From NCBI GenBank assembly GCA_051362555.1, contig CM120648.1:11528587-11592586 (forward strand): 64,000 nt of DNA, given 5' to 3'. Numbering within the stretch: the first letter of the stretch is position 1; each line of letters begins with the position of its first letter. Shown here one piece after another: positions 13,792-24,788 of this stretch. This stretch comes from Lingula anatina (lineage: Eukaryota > Animalia > Brachiopoda). The translations under genes and the position numbers were made by a program. The notes under the pieces were generated by a model, which saw only the letters and a list, made by a program, of their open reading frames with translations, did not search any database and was not told the DNA's origin.

Positions 13792-15847
13792 GGAGGGGTC
13801 CATTTTTTTTAAAGAATGACAGGCCTCAGATGAGAAGCTGACCCTTGCCCCTTTGTGTGGGGTTGGGTGTTTTGGAGAGCAAATGGTGCCATTTGGTGCA
13901 GTTTAGGACTATGATTTAGCTCTTCATAATTCTAATAACAAGAGGGGGATCTTTTTTTTTTTTTTACGGAAACTGAAGAGGGGGGTCAGGAGCCCCCCGA
14001 CAACCCCCCTAAATCTGCCACTACACTGGACTTAGAGATAAAACTCAGAGTTACTTCCTCCCACAAGAGTCCCACTTGTGTGTGTGTGTGTGTGTGTGTG
14101 TGGGGGGGGGGGGGGGACGGGGGGGGGGGGGGGGTAGTGATCACACATCATGGAAAATAAAATGAGATTGGGGTTATTTCATAGAACACACTTAGTAATA
14201 TGATTGTTTCTCATATTTGAGAAATTAAAATTGGCTTTTTGGCTTTGATGGGTAATGAAGACACCCAATGGGATCTTCATCAGGGTTTTACAAAAATCTT
14301 TCTCCAGGGAGTGAGACTGCATGCATTTATTGTATGATGAAACTAAAATTTCATTTCTTATCTCAATAGGAAATTTCCCATAGTTAAAATAATATTAATA
14401 CAGTGTTTTATTTACCTCTGCGTCATGCGTAAAAAACGCATGAATCCTAAAATTGACGCAAAAAAATATGATCTAGTGCGTCATTTGACCCTAATGTATG
14501 ACAGCCACAACCAATTACTTTCAAAAGTGTTGTAATATTGCCAATTAAAAACCTACATGTACTAGTACATGTAGGTTTTTAATCCTACATGTACTAGTAG
14601 GCCTATTTCCGATCGTTGTTGTGTTGCAAAAAAGTATGTCAACTTGCCACCGATAGTACACTACTAGTACAATGCTGCTATAGGCACAATACGGGTTTTT
14701 AAATTCAATTTAAATATTTTATTGTGTTTTAAGATCCAAATGTAATTGGTTTGACATAAAAAACAGTTTAGTCCGCAAACTGGTGACAGAGATTACTCTA
14801 AATGGTTAAAATATGTTACACTACGTGTATAAAATCACAGGTGAAATGTCTAGTATTGTGTTTTTATGTTTAATAGTCAAAACATAATTTTTCCAGATTG
14901 GAATATAATTTGTTATTGCCGTAGTAATTATCTATTGAAATTCCTTGTCTTCATTTATCTACTTTTTTGTGTTTGACAATCTTATTCCCTCCTATATAAA
15001 TTGTTTTCCATTTATGTCCATATAATTTTTAAAAAATATTTTTTTACATACTAGTCAACACAAAGTTTATCCATATCAATTTTAATTTATCGTTTATCTT
15101 GGTGATTTTTTGTTCATATATCTACCTTTAGGTTTAATCATGTTAATAATCCTTTGTTTTAACGGTTTTTGTAAGAAAAAAAAATCAAAATGCATACTTT
15201 TGTCCATATCATTTTGAAGTTGTATGACTATTAGTGTGTTTGTTGTCATATGTTGAATACACTTATACAAAAGCTGTTTTTTTTTCTTTTTTTTTTTTTT
15301 TTGTATTCTTCAGTTCCTGTAGATAGAATTCTATACTTTAAGTCTGGAATACAACAATTACAAATAAACAACCTCAATTCATGTACAATCTATTTACATA
15401 ATATATGGTTGTATGCATCATTAATAGTTAAAATTACCCATTCCAAAAAGGCGGGAAAATTTTGACTCCTGAAAATAAAAAATGACTCGTAATCTGCAGT
15501 GTCAGCGAGTCATCTGACTCTCTAGTTCCAAATTGTAAATAAAACACTGTTAATAATATTTATTTTGAGTTTAAAATCCATAAAAATATGTTCTGCAGGC
15601 TTAAATATAAATTACAATACAAATATTGTAACAGATAAAATACAATGTTAAAAGGATCAGTTTAGATTAAAAAGTAATGGTATTAAGAGCAAAGAGAGAA
15701 ATGTCCAATTATAAAGTACATGTCTATAGTATGGGATTGTTCTTCCAGCCTAACCGCCCCATGGAGGCCAGTATCCTGTTGACAGTGAAGGGAGATGCCA
15801 CTGACCAGTACAAGGTCATGCTGAGGGCATTTGTGGTCTCAGAGTAA
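186..15847 (+). CDS. CFAP74: Cilia- and flagella-associated protein 74, 3' part (16 exons; 5' end lies upstream of the window)
   Basis: Exons 186-319, 644-819, 1151-1251, 2109-2264, 6500-6636, 7051-7176, 7619-7784, 8079-8198, 8555-8710, 9305-9434, 9920-10074, 10426-10552, 11137-11264, 13253-13321, 13652-13717, 15749-15847 all have AG/GT boundaries and join in frame. Peptides such as YIDVQPNDGFGTLLPMET..FELTCKSLINR, VGPTSFEF, HNTLYLEVHCP and the C-terminal ..VKGDATDQYKVMLRAFVVSE* match my recollection of CFAP74 (no search run). Confidence 0.88.
644..819 (+). CDS. CFAP74: CFAP74 exon (SFKIACTGIGVHPPL...PVPRIGK)
   Basis: gccag|G...AAAG|gttagc; phase 2 to 1, open frame. Confidence 0.88.
1151..1251 (+). 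CDS. CFAP74: CFAP74 exon (AIAPVGPTSFEF...TVEPGK)
   Basis: ttctag|GT...AAA|gtaagt; phase 1 to 0. Confidence 0.88.
1269..1437. mobile_element. MITE, CAG...CTG termini, 6-bp TSD
   Basis: CAGGAGCGGAT...ATCCGCCCCTG flanked by CATATA on both sides; a reverse-orientation relative lies at 24622-24788. Confidence 0.8.
1732..1800 (+). CDS. CFAP74: Candidate alternative (possibly mutually exclusive) CFAP74 exon QCRVVLSFSPKLRESEIADKMET
   Basis: aag|CAA...ACG|gtgaga, 69 nt, phase 0-0, GC-rich island in an AT-rich intron; peptide pattern parallels the start of exon 2109-2264; weak polypyrimidine tract. Confidence 0.5.
2109..2264 (+). CDS. CFAP74: CFAP74 exon (SCCVRVRYTPSLP...ENQEQAA)
   Basis: ctgtag|AGT...GCT|gtgagt; 156 nt, phase 0-0. 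Confidence 0.85.
2265..2580 (+). repeat. (GA)n microsatellite interspersed with degenerate copies of the preceding exon end and donor
   Basis: GA runs broken by AACAGGCTGCTGTGAGTATCTGG, GGAACAGCTG and AACCAGGA motifs. Confidence 0.8.
3265..3512. repeat. Minisatellite of ~20-bp subunits (GGTCACTTTAGTCCACCAC-like)
   Basis: About 12 degenerate tandem GGTCAC..GTCCAC units. Confidence 0.75.
4125..4362. mobile_element. Palindromic MITE-like repeat; inverted relative at 6666-6912
   Basis: CTATCATATTAACTGTG...CTAGGTATGGGAACCCAGT is the approximate reverse complement of 6666-6912; internal dyad symmetry. Confidence 0.65.
4866..4871 (+). CDS. CFAP74: Candidate 6-nt microexon (KR)
   Basis: cctcgctttgttcatcatcttcag|AAAAGG|gtaagg; frame-preserving in a phase-0 intron. 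Confidence 0.3.
6500..6636 (+). CDS. CFAP74: CFAP74 exon (KKKGPAGKGKPSPK...ESIDT)
   Basis: ttacag|AAA...CCAA|gtaagt; phase 0 to 2. Confidence 0.85.
6666..6912. mobile_element. MITE-like repeat, same family as 4125-4362
   Basis: ACTGGGTTCCTATACCTAG...CACAGTTAGTATGATAGG. Confidence 0.65.
7051..7176 (+). CDS. CFAP74: CFAP74 exon (SDAYAQAQASLLR...GELPY)
   Basis: tttcag|A...TATAG|gtaact; phase 2-2. Confidence 0.88.
7201..7362. mobile_element. MITE family (GCATTCAGAACAGCAGAC... TIRs); relatives near 3942-4110, 5540-5585, 8800-8960 and 16537-16820
   Basis: GCATTCAGAACAGCAGACT / AGTCTGCTGCTCTGAATGC inverted termini; the GATCAAATATGG / CCATATTTGATC motif recurs at the listed sites. Confidence 0.7.
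7619..7784 (+). CDS. CFAP74: CFAP74 exon (IHNTLYLEVHCP...EDNIN)
   Basis: cttcag|C...AAT|gtaagt; phase 2 to 0. Confidence 0.88.
8079..8198 (+). CDS. CFAP74: CFAP74 exon (VTASLLDPVGPFVLLNALR...GRV)
   Basis: ctgtag|GTC...GTG|gtgagt; phase 0-0. Confidence 0.88.
8555..8710 (+). CDS. CFAP74: CFAP74 exon (YQEVQELRT...EKTFK)
   Basis: tctcag|TAC...AAG|gtatgg; phase 0-0. Confidence 0.88.
9305..9434 (+). CDS. CFAP74: CFAP74 exon (IKNTSTLAIDF...KVKV)
   Basis: tacag|ATC...GTTG|gtgcgt; phase 0 to 1. Confidence 0.87.
9920..10074 (+). CDS. CFAP74: CFAP74 exon (VQNFNGQRVFDCVP...QLFGM)
   Basis: ggcag|GT...ATG|gtaatt; phase 1 to 0. Confidence 0.88.
10426..10552 (+). CDS. CFAP74: CFAP74 exon (EEQHSFQVLGQC...PGTEEEE)
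   Basis: ttccag|GAA...GAGG|gtgggt; phase 0 to 1; in-frame TAG just after the donor. Confidence 0.85.
10529..10993 (+). repeat. Minisatellite, ~10 x 46-52 bp, containing the exon 3' end and splice donor
   Basis: TGCCTGGGACT(GAG)nGGTGGGTAGTCAGCTGTTAGGGTGTG repeated; length varies with the GAG count. Confidence 0.95.
11137..11264 (+). CDS. CFAP74: CFAP74 exon (VKSSAIPVLLTF...VGCVRTMAVSQKK)
   Basis: ttccag|AG...AAG|gtaatg; phase 1 to 0. Confidence 0.87.
11990..12157 (+). CDS. CFAP74: Candidate cassette exon encoding Arg/Ser/Ala/Gly repeats (LSMDRRQSSARSHRARSARAGSAR...)
   Basis: ctaacag|CTA...AGA|gtatgc; 168 nt, phase 0-0, no stop; the repeated GSAR motif is encoded with varied synonymous codons. 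Confidence 0.6.
12920..12931 (+). CDS. CFAP74: Candidate 12-nt microexon (PGKQ)
   Basis: TACTAAC branch consensus at 12869-12875, T-rich tract, actgcag|CCAGGGAAACAG|gtatgg; phase 0-0. Confidence 0.55.
13253..13321 (+). CDS. CFAP74: CFAP74 exon (NGEFSFENTKDIEAKGFTLDPPK)
   Basis: tttcag|AAT...AAA|gtgaga; phase 0-0. Confidence 0.87.
13652..13717 (+). CDS. CFAP74: CFAP74 exon (GQVEAGSKRPVQFTWNPPAGHD)
   Basis: ctccag|GGT...GAT|gtgagt; phase 0-0. Confidence 0.87.
13733..14023. mobile_element. MITE with CAGGGGC.GAT terminus and poly-G tract
   Basis: CAGGGGCCGATCC...AAATCTGCCACTA with CACTG on both flanks. Confidence 0.6.
14401..15549. mobile_element. Non-autonomous TIR DNA transposon (1.15 kb, hAT-like termini, 6-bp TSD)
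   Basis: Perfect 15-bp TIR CAGTGTTTTATTTAC / GTAAATAAAACACTG flanked by TTAATA on both sides. Confidence 0.85.
15749..15847 (+). CDS. CFAP74: CFAP74 terminal coding exon (PNRPMEASILLTVKGD...FVVSE*)
   Basis: ttccag|CCT...TAA. Confidence 0.87.
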   Translation, partial: PNRPMEASILLTVKGDATDQYKVMLRAFVVSE

Positions 15848-16284
15848 CCGGGTCAGATAATTAGGTCATGGAAATGGGACAATGCTAAATTTAGCATATG
15901 GAAGTAGGTCATGGAAAGTGAACTGAAACTCGATTGCCAGAATGGCAGATGGCTTGTTCTTATTATTGATAAAAATGGTGTGAATGATGACACAGATGGA
16001 TAGGCCTACAGAAATGATGAGATGACTGGGGACAATACCGGAAGGACCATAATATATCTATGACAGTGGGCACTGCACAGGATGATAATGATGTATCAAT
16101 CACCTTCATAGCAATTTATCCATTATTGTTCCCTCTCCCTCCCCAGCAAAGTGATGTATCAGCCTTTAAGTACATGTACCTCAAACCATTGCCAGAAAAC
16201 ACATACTGTACTGTGATAAGAAATGACAACTTCATGTATTTTCCGTCCAACATCTTTCCTCTTTTTTTTTTTTTTTTTTTTTGA

Positions 16285-16430
16285 AAATAAATGTATATTG
16301 GTTAATAAGATTGAAATTTTTATATATGATTTTATGTTGTAAACAGTTGTAAATATTGTTTATGTGTTTGTTGGCTTATATAATAAATATTAGTTATAAA
16401 ACAATTGACCTTGTATTTTTAATAAAAATT
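16285..16430 (+). terminator. Candidate CFAP74 polyadenylation signals
   Basis: AATAAA hexamers near 16286, 16382 and 16421, with T/GT-rich sequence downstream. Confidence 0.4.
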
Positions 16431-17929
16431 ACAAAATTTTTACTGTCTTACTTCTTTTTTTTTTATACAGTTGTATACTTGTGGCTGTTTATTTCCTGCT
16501 ATTAAATATTCAAATAAGAAGTGGAAGCAGGAAGTTAGAGAGCACATTCAGAACATATGATCTGTGGACTAAATATGGCCAACCTGACAAAAGGATCCAG
16601 CTAATTTACTGATGGTCTTCTCACATCTGCATGTGCCATTCAATGGATTTTAAAATCTCCGCTTCGAGGTTTACTTGCTAGACCCCTGCAGGGATGGCAC
16701 GCGTTGAGGCAGGGATCGAGACCATCAGTGAATTAGTCGGCTCTGCTTTAATGTAGGTCGGCCAACTTTGATCCAAAGATCTGTTAGTCCGCAGATCAAC
16801 GTGTTCTGGGTGCCCTCTTAGGTTGAATTAAGGTATTTTAAATAGATTATAATTACTGGTTAAGGTTTAAAAAAATGTTTGTTTTTTTTCCTATGGTAAA
16901 GGAAGTTTCCCAAATATATCAATGGTACATGTAATTTTATTCATTCCAACATTCAAAGTAGGTCAATGTTTTTTCTAAAAAGTTTATTTTTAGTAAAAAT
17001 CTCTTAAGAGATTCTTGCAAAGGTAAGACTATCAACATGTATAAAGGTCCACATGGCCTGATGGCAAGCACAGATTCCAGAATAATTGTCATTGCTGCTG
17101 TTTGGTGGTAAAATTGTATTTATTATATTTCTAGGAGTTGTTTACACTTTATGTATTGTGAAATATGAATTCACTAGGAGCATTTGTTATCCCTTCAAAT
17201 GTTAATGTAACAACCATATTCCTATTAAGTTCTGTTGTTGCACTGACACTACATGATAATAATAGATAAATGGGCATTGTGTTGGCTTTTGAATGCTTAT
17301 TTTGGAAATTAGACCCTTCTTTGCCTATGTAATCAGTCTTCTTTTAGATGGATTGAATATCTTACATGTACACAAGCAAGAATCCAAAACAACCTACCAG
17401 TCAACTTAAACAACTTAAAAAGACAACAATTGACCATTTAATAAAGTTCTTTATAACAATTTAGTGTAAGAATGCTGGACAAATTGGCAAAGCTACAGTG
17501 ATTATAGTCACATAAGTTAACTAGATTATGAAACATAATTTGAAAGCAATTACAGCTAGATATAACAACGTATATTACTATATAATTATGTATCAAATAA
17601 CACCTCCACAAGGAAAGCCTGGTTTATTTTATAAAATATACATGTTGCTGGGCAAGGCTGGCACATATATGTAAAGTGAGCCATGCCCCCCCCCTTTTTT
17701 GCACACTAAACACAATGGCAAAGTTTCAATGAATAGAGTTACTTTTAACTATACTCTGATTAACCAAATAAAATTAGAAAAGAGACAAATACCAATAAAG
17801 GAACATCAAATGCAAAATATGTTACATAAAAAAGAATAAAGGCCCTATCAATACAATGAAGAAAGCAAACGCCAGAAACAACCAAAAATAAATAAATAAT
17901 TAATAAGCAGAACTGCAATGCATTTTGTA

Positions 17930-20740
17930 ACACCTGTTGCTTCTTGCATTTGCCTTTACATAAGCACTGGAAATTATCTCAAAGGATTAGATGGCTTAAT
18001 TTAGGAAAATGAAGCTTAAAACTGAAAGTTTCATATCCAAGAAAAAAGAGAAATAGCTGTGGCTACTACAGACACTGAACAAGCAAAGGCACTCTGTAGA
18101 TCTACAAATGTATAGGAAGTGAAATTTTCCTACAGTATTACTGGAAAATATGGACGTGAGGATTGTCTATTCATTTAAGTATTGCATTGATTTATATAAC
18201 TTATTGTGGCACAATTCCACTATTTTTAGTTGCAAATACATATTTAATATTATAAGAATTGTATGTACCGACAGATTCTAACATTAAACGTAAAATTCAA
18301 GTTCAAATTTCTCAATGTAGAAAAATGTGAAGGAGCAATAAGAGACAGTTTAAGTTTCTATTAGTTCCAAATTTATTTGTGAACGGACTACAGTTGCCTT
18401 TTGATCGCCCTTGACCGTTTGTGCTGGTCTCTGAAAATAACCCTGACTGTGTTTGTCTATCACAAATGGCTCGTCTTACATGGCATGACATTTTGCGTGA
18501 GGAGGTAGAGGACGAGTTTTCATTTTCATCAGACATGATTATTAAATGAAAAGGTATCGTTTTTCTAACAAAGCCTTTTGTTTACTCATAAAGAAAAATG
18601 TTCTATTGGCAAATATCTTCTTTCCTCCCAAGTTTATGTCATCAAAGTTATATTTCATGAGAGATTATTATTAACAAGTGTTGTTTCGTCGTACCTACAT
18701 GTATATCAAATCCACCACTACCTAAACGTCTCTTGTTGAATCATTATTTAGTAGGGCAGCCAAGGCTAATGAAGGCTTTTGGAGTTTGGCTCCCCTACTA
18801 ATTGCAGGGTGCATATATATGTGCGTCTGACTCGTTTTCCAAAAATGTGTCCAAGCAATTTTATTAATTTTGTCCTTAACGCCATATCATATCCAAAATT
18901 ATTGAGAAAATTAGGATATACAACTGTACGTATACAGTTGTTCATAATAAAATGTAGGTTATAAATCAAAATTTCGACCGTCACGAGTGACATTCACCTG
19001 TCTCTAATTCCATAACAACAGAGACTAAATAAACAGAAAATCGATTGGTTTAATTGCTCGTAATTGTGCGATTAACTGATCTCAATAAGAGTTACTCAAA
19101 TCAAAAATTTTCCTAAGACAATTTTGTTGACTTTACGCAGATAGATTTGTTACTTCCTAACTTCTGATTAAATTTTGTATTTATTTATGTACTCTTCCGT
19201 TCTTTATCATCATCATTGTATTATTATTATTATTATTATTAATATTAGTGTTGTTGATGTACCTTTAACATTCCTCTTAATCTTTTCCTGTTTTTCATTC
19301 CAGACATATCTAATGATGTAATTCGGGGGATTAGTGATACTATTTCCCTAACATTTGATACCATTTTTCCTTTATTAACACCAAATGTATAAAGATCGTA
19401 CATATTCTTTCGTCACGAACCAATTATCTGTCATCATTAGCAAACTGAAGAACCTATTTCACCAACTAAAGTTGCATGTAATATCTTAAATGGAAGATGG
19501 TAATCCCACCATTTAATAGCCTTTTCTGGACAAATGTTACTTAACAACTGTTTCACCTTCGACTCGGCCTCAAATTTTTTATTCTGCTAATATTGATCTT
19601 TGAGCTAGAGGGTTTGAAATTGAAGCAGTCGCCTGCCAACTCGAAGGCTTAGCAAACGCAACACAATATTATATTTACGTGTAGGAAATGAAAATTAAAG
19701 CCTCGAACATTACGTTAGTTCGATTGCTGCTTGAAGTGAAGACGTTTGACAAATTGTGCCATAATAAACGTCCGCGATTGGACGAGGAGTCTGATAACGC
19801 TAGATGCAGCATTGAATCCGAGGCTAAAGCAAAATGTTGAGAAGTTGTGTAGCATCGAATCCGAGGCTACAATCAAATTTGTGAAGTATTAGACCGTCGC
19901 CATAAATAAACGTTTGACTACGCCAAACTTCCCTATAGATCTACAAATATATACGAAGTAAATTTTTCCTATAGCCTAGTATTACTGAAAAATATGAATA
20001 TTGGGATTGTCTATGCATTTACGTATTACACTGATTTATATAACTAATTGTGGTACAATTCAACCACTTTTTTTGCAAATAATCATTTAATTTAATTTAA
20101 TTAGTATTAGAATTAAATGTCCCATCAGGGCCTAACAATAAAAAAAAAATAGTTCAAATTTGTGGAAAAATGTGAGGGAGCAACAAGAGACAGTTGAAGT
20201 TTCCATTAGTACCAAAGTAATTTGGGAACGGACCACGGTTGCCTTTTGATCGCCCTTGATCATTTGTGCTAGTCTCTAATAATAACCCTGGCTGTGTCGG
20301 TCTGTCACAGATGATATAAATGGGTCATGGGTCGTCATGCCATTTTGCGTGCGGAGGTATATGACGAGTTTTCATTTTCATCAGACATGGTTGTCTTATG
20401 AAAAAGTGTCGTCTTTCTCACAAAGCTCTTTGTTTACTCATAACGAAAATTGTTCTATTGACAAATATCTTCTTTCCTCTCAGTTTTATGTCATCAAAGT
20501 TATATTACATGTGGGATTATTATTAAGGAACGTTTGTTCTTTCGTACGTATAAGAATATCAGATGCACCATTACCTGAACGTCAACTATATTTTGGAAAT
20601 AAACATTTAATTTTTTATTATTAATGTTAGAATTGAATGTTCCAACACGGCCTAACAATAAACCACAAATTCCAGTTCAGATTTGTCAATGTGGAGAAAT
20701 TTGAGGGAGCAAGAAGAGACAGTTTGTTTCCATCAGTTCA
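17930..20740 (+). repeat. Locally reiterated upstream module (two copies here; homologs at ~32.2-35.8 kb, ~45.3-46.0 kb partial, ~51.1-56.6 kb)
   Basis: Shared blocks such as AAGAGACAGTT..GTTTC.ATTAGT.CCAAA, GAGTTTTCATTTTCATCAGACATG and AACTGAAGAACCTATTTCACCAACTAAAGTT recur upstream of each GPCR. Confidence 0.75.
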
Positions 20741-20793
20741 GAGGCAGTGGTGGATTTACGGGGGGCACTACTGAAATACCGTAATACTGAAAA

Positions 20794-21637
20794 GGATTCT
20801 AGGACACCCCCCCCCCCCCCGGACAATCCTCCCCCCCCCCGGACAATTCCCCCCACAAAAAATATATATTTATATACAAATATAGAGAAGAAAGTGTAAA
20901 GTTTAAAACATTTCATCCATTTTTTAAATATTTTTAGTGTAATAATACAACTTCATCATGAAAAAAAATATAACAAATTCCTTTTTCATTGAGTATAAGT
21001 ACAGGAAGATTTATTAAATATCTAATCAAAGTATAACCACCTATCCTTCAGGTAAAGGTGAGGCAAACAGATGAACAGGTAAACAGATATTTTATGAATA
21101 TTTTAGTGTGGTGGGTGGTGGTGGGTGGTGGGTACGATTTTGGAAGTGAGAGGTGGATAGGTGAGAAAATCTGTTTACCCCACCTCTCCCTAGAGATGCA
21201 CCTTGATTCAAGACTCACTCAATCAAGGGGGGCGCAATTAAAAGTAACAGTTAATTTTATCAAAGGGTTACCTGGGTGAGTGAGATCATCTGTTTACCCC
21301 TCCTTTACCTGGTGATATATTTTGATCAGATTTTTAGTAAAATGTTGTGTACTTCTATCTCCAAAATCGTATGTACTTGAACTCCATGAAAATAATTTGC
21401 TTTATAAAATTGATATTATCTATCCTCGAGTTGCAACATCACACTAAGAAATATTCATAAAATGGGTGAAAAGATTTGAACTTAGTACTCTTTACTTTAT
21501 ATTTGTATATAAATATATATCCTTCGGGGGGGGGGGGGTAATCGTCCGGGGGGGGGGGATTGTCCTGGGGGGAATTGTCCGGGGGGAAATAGTCCGGGGG
21601 GGGGATTGTCCGGGGGGGGGGGGATTGTTCTGATACC
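20794..21637. mobile_element. Foldback (MULE-like) non-autonomous element with long imperfect TIRs and C/G-run subrepeats
   Basis: CCGGACAAT(C)n repeats on the left and (G)nATTGTCCGG on the right; inverted similarity extends inward; ACTGAAAA(G) 8-9 bp TSD at 20786 and 21638. Confidence 0.8.
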
Positions 21638-23504
21638 ACTGAAAAGTGATCACGTAAGTCTGTTTAACAGTAATTGTCTGATATCGGTTTAAGAGTGATC
21701 GATCTGTGGTAATTGGATGAATGGACAGGCTTCAGTGTGGCTGCGTGCAATTCATTTCAATACATACCTAGGGATGTTATATGACCGTGGCGATATGATG
21801 ATCACTGAAGCCTGTCCATTTAGCCAAGCTTCAGTGAAGATCGAGGGCAACCTCGAGCCGCTACCCAAAAATATCTCGCTTCATTCGACATTTCTGCGTA
21901 GCGGCTCTCGGAAAATTCGGATTTAACCTCGATGTAGTCTAGAATTTCACGACTACATCTTGGTTAAATCAGTCGAGGTCTCTTAAATGCTGAAAGCCAA
22001 AGACAGAGTGTTGACATCAAGAGAATAGTGACGTTGCTTGAGTAACTTATACAATTACCAGTAGACAAATTTAAAATCTCCCCTTCGATATCTGAAAAAA
22101 AAACACATCAATGGTTCTTGAAATTAAAATTTTAAGTAGCTGGATCATAGTTCTAAATCGTACCTAACGGAACAGTTCGCCTTCTAAAATACCAAAAAAA
22201 CAAAAAAATTTGGGGTCCTGTAGCGGGACCCGAACCCAACGCAAAGCTATGAACACTGCGGTGAAAATGTTAATAGGCCGCTGTGAATCAACTGAGACCT
22301 TGGCGGAAGTATTCGTTGACTATTTGATTTCCATAGAAAATAGGGTTTTGAAAGAGAATAAGATGCTTCAATTTGGTGTAGTGCAGATGCAATGTTTTTA
22401 AATCGACGGCAACTTTGTTATATCCTGTTGTACAAGAAGTCTCAAGTGTTTATTTTTTCTTGCCGTTTAACAAATTTCATTTAGCAAATCGTAATTGTAA
22501 TACGCTGTATAATTTGCATCAGCTACAGTTAAATTGATTTATTTATTTCCGTGACAATGCCGAACATATACAAATACAATACAATAATGTGAATATATAA
22601 GTAACGGCCCAGCCCTATGGGCTTACAAAGTCACCGGTTACCAAACATTAGTTATATAAAAGCTTTTTTCTGACCTGAAAGCAGTTAAAGAGAAACCTCG
22701 CTGTGCTTCTATGAAAATCTGTAAAAAGCACTTGAGGTCTCTCTTTAACCTCTTCCCGGTCATGAAAGATAAGATCACAAATTACCACAGATCGATCACT
22801 CGTCAAGCGATATCAGACTGTTAATTCGACTTACGTGGTCACTTTTCAGTAATATCTTTTACCAGATATTCACAGATGTGTCTCTATCTAATCAGGGAAT
22901 ACAGTTTACGTATGAGAACTAAAACAAACTTTTGGGAGTTCAAGGTACATGTATTTCGTGTGACTGCGTGCAATTCACTTCAGTAATTATATCGATGGCA
23001 TAAGGCGCAATATTGGACATTTTGTATGCTTCAATATGTTTTAATTTATAAAAAATTCCTGCAGAGAAAAATGCTGAATAACGCTCGTATAGCTGCAACT
23101 GAAATGGACATCATGCCTTCGTCCCCTGGTAGAAGTCGCTTTTGTAGACGAAACAACCCTTGACTTAGCATTGGACGAGTGCCACATTAGAAGACAGTCA
23201 CAAGTGAATAGAGGGGAGCTTCCTGTCAGCTATTGTAATTTTCCAATTCAAAAGTCTAATTCAAAAATAAGTTTTGGAGAATCATAATATTAATTCTTAA
23301 CATTATTTGGACCCAATGCTATTAAGTTATAATGGCAATTTTAGAAGAGTAGAAATTGCCGCAATGTTCCATTTACAAGACCAAAATTGAAAGCAGCAGC
23401 GTATCTGTAGGCGTATGGTAACATGATTTATACGTGCAGTACATGTGGGGCGTCTTCAAATTAATATCAGTTGTCATAGAGAAGTTACGGATTAACTTGC
23501 GCAC

Positions 23505-23600
23505 CAACCCCATTGGTCAAGTTAAATCACGAGACGTTAATTGCCAGCTGCCTACACACACTGTATGAATGCATGCTCCAGTAAGGCATGTATTCAGACC
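23505..23600 (+). promoter_or_regulatory. Putative core promoter of GPCR A1 (TATA mutated to TATGAA)
   Basis: CCATTGG, CAGCTG, TATGAA (23564) and TCAGAC in the same spacing as the other three paralogs. Confidence 0.4.
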
Positions 23601-24621
23601 TCTCCAGCTTGCGAACGACTTTAATTTCCGACGCTTTGCTCTGCTCTGCAATCCTGTTAAACTTGTAAAAGCCATGAATACGACTGAGATGTCTGTCAAT
23701 GGTAGCTCATTTCTTGAAAAAGAGGAAAAGGAAGAGGACATTCCTGACTTGGCTCTCATCAATCTGTTCTATTTTACTTTAGGAGGCATTGGGGTTTCGC
23801 TCGTTTGTCTGGTTGGCCTTAGTCTGAATTCTCTTTCGGTGGCAGTATTTTCACGCTTCGAGAAACGAACCCCGAATGTATTCCTGTTGACTTGCTTGGC
23901 AGTGGCTGATAACGTCCATCTGTTATCGGCGCTTTGTAACTTCAGCATCCCGGCCATGTACCCGTATACTGGGTTATTCAAAAACTACTTCTTTGTCCTG
24001 ATGAAACACTCCCGGCTTCTGTATGGGTTGAAATATTCCATCTTCTTGATCCCACCCTGGATAGTAGTGCTCGTAACGATTGATCGTTATTTGCACCTTT
24101 GTTCAGACAACGCCCTTAGGAGTGGACCAACTGCACCCATCAAGGTTTGGGCCTTAAGTGTTGTCGGCGTCGTGGTTTTTGCCTTTCTAACCGATGTTCC
24201 ACGGTATTTCTTTGGATCCTTGCCTGAGCGCCCTTGTCCTCTGAACACAACGTCCCCAGTTTTTTGCCTCGGCGCCCCATTACCGGTCTCAGAATACCAC
24301 AAAGTGTATACCGTTTTTTCTTACATTTTGGTGCACTTCCTGGTTCCTTTCATTATCGTTTTGGTTTTGAATGTGAAGATGGCTCATAACATGAGGGTTC
24401 TTGCCAAGAATCCGACCATGATTGCCCTGCACAAGTTGGGCGTTCATCGTACTTTGATAACAAGGCAGCAAAGCTGTCAAATGTACAGACAAAAACAGAA
24501 AATATAAATGCAGAAAATGGGTCATTTTGTCAATTTTGATGCAATAATAAATAATGCTTATAATAGCACTATCAGTCAACACTGAATTTTAATCATGCAC
24601 AACTGGTAACATGGTCAATAA

Positions 24622-24788
24622 CATGAGCGGACCCAGAGGTATTTTCTGACAGTATTCCAAATCATCTTTGTTGATCCATCCCCCATTTTTAATGGTTTTC
24701 CAACAGAAAAAACAGATACCCATCATTGTGAACTTTAAAATCTGACCGTCTTCTGAAAGACCCAGAAGACGGCCTCAATCCGCCCCTG
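24622..24788. mobile_element. MITE (same family as 1269-1437, opposite orientation) nested in the HINE
   Basis: CATGAGCGGAC...ATCCGCCCCTG with CAATAA 6-bp TSD on both flanks. Confidence 0.8.

Noticed and set aside
13758-14135. Long poly-G tracts as functional G-quadruplex elements
   Set aside because: They lie within MITE or microsatellite sequence, and homopolymer lengths are unreliable.
23517-24582. Minus-strand ORFs overlapping the GPCRs (also at 36.8-38.0, 47.7-49.1 and 57.6-58.8 kb)
   Set aside because: Short antisense shadows of the GPCR coding sequence; their recurrence is explained by paralogy.
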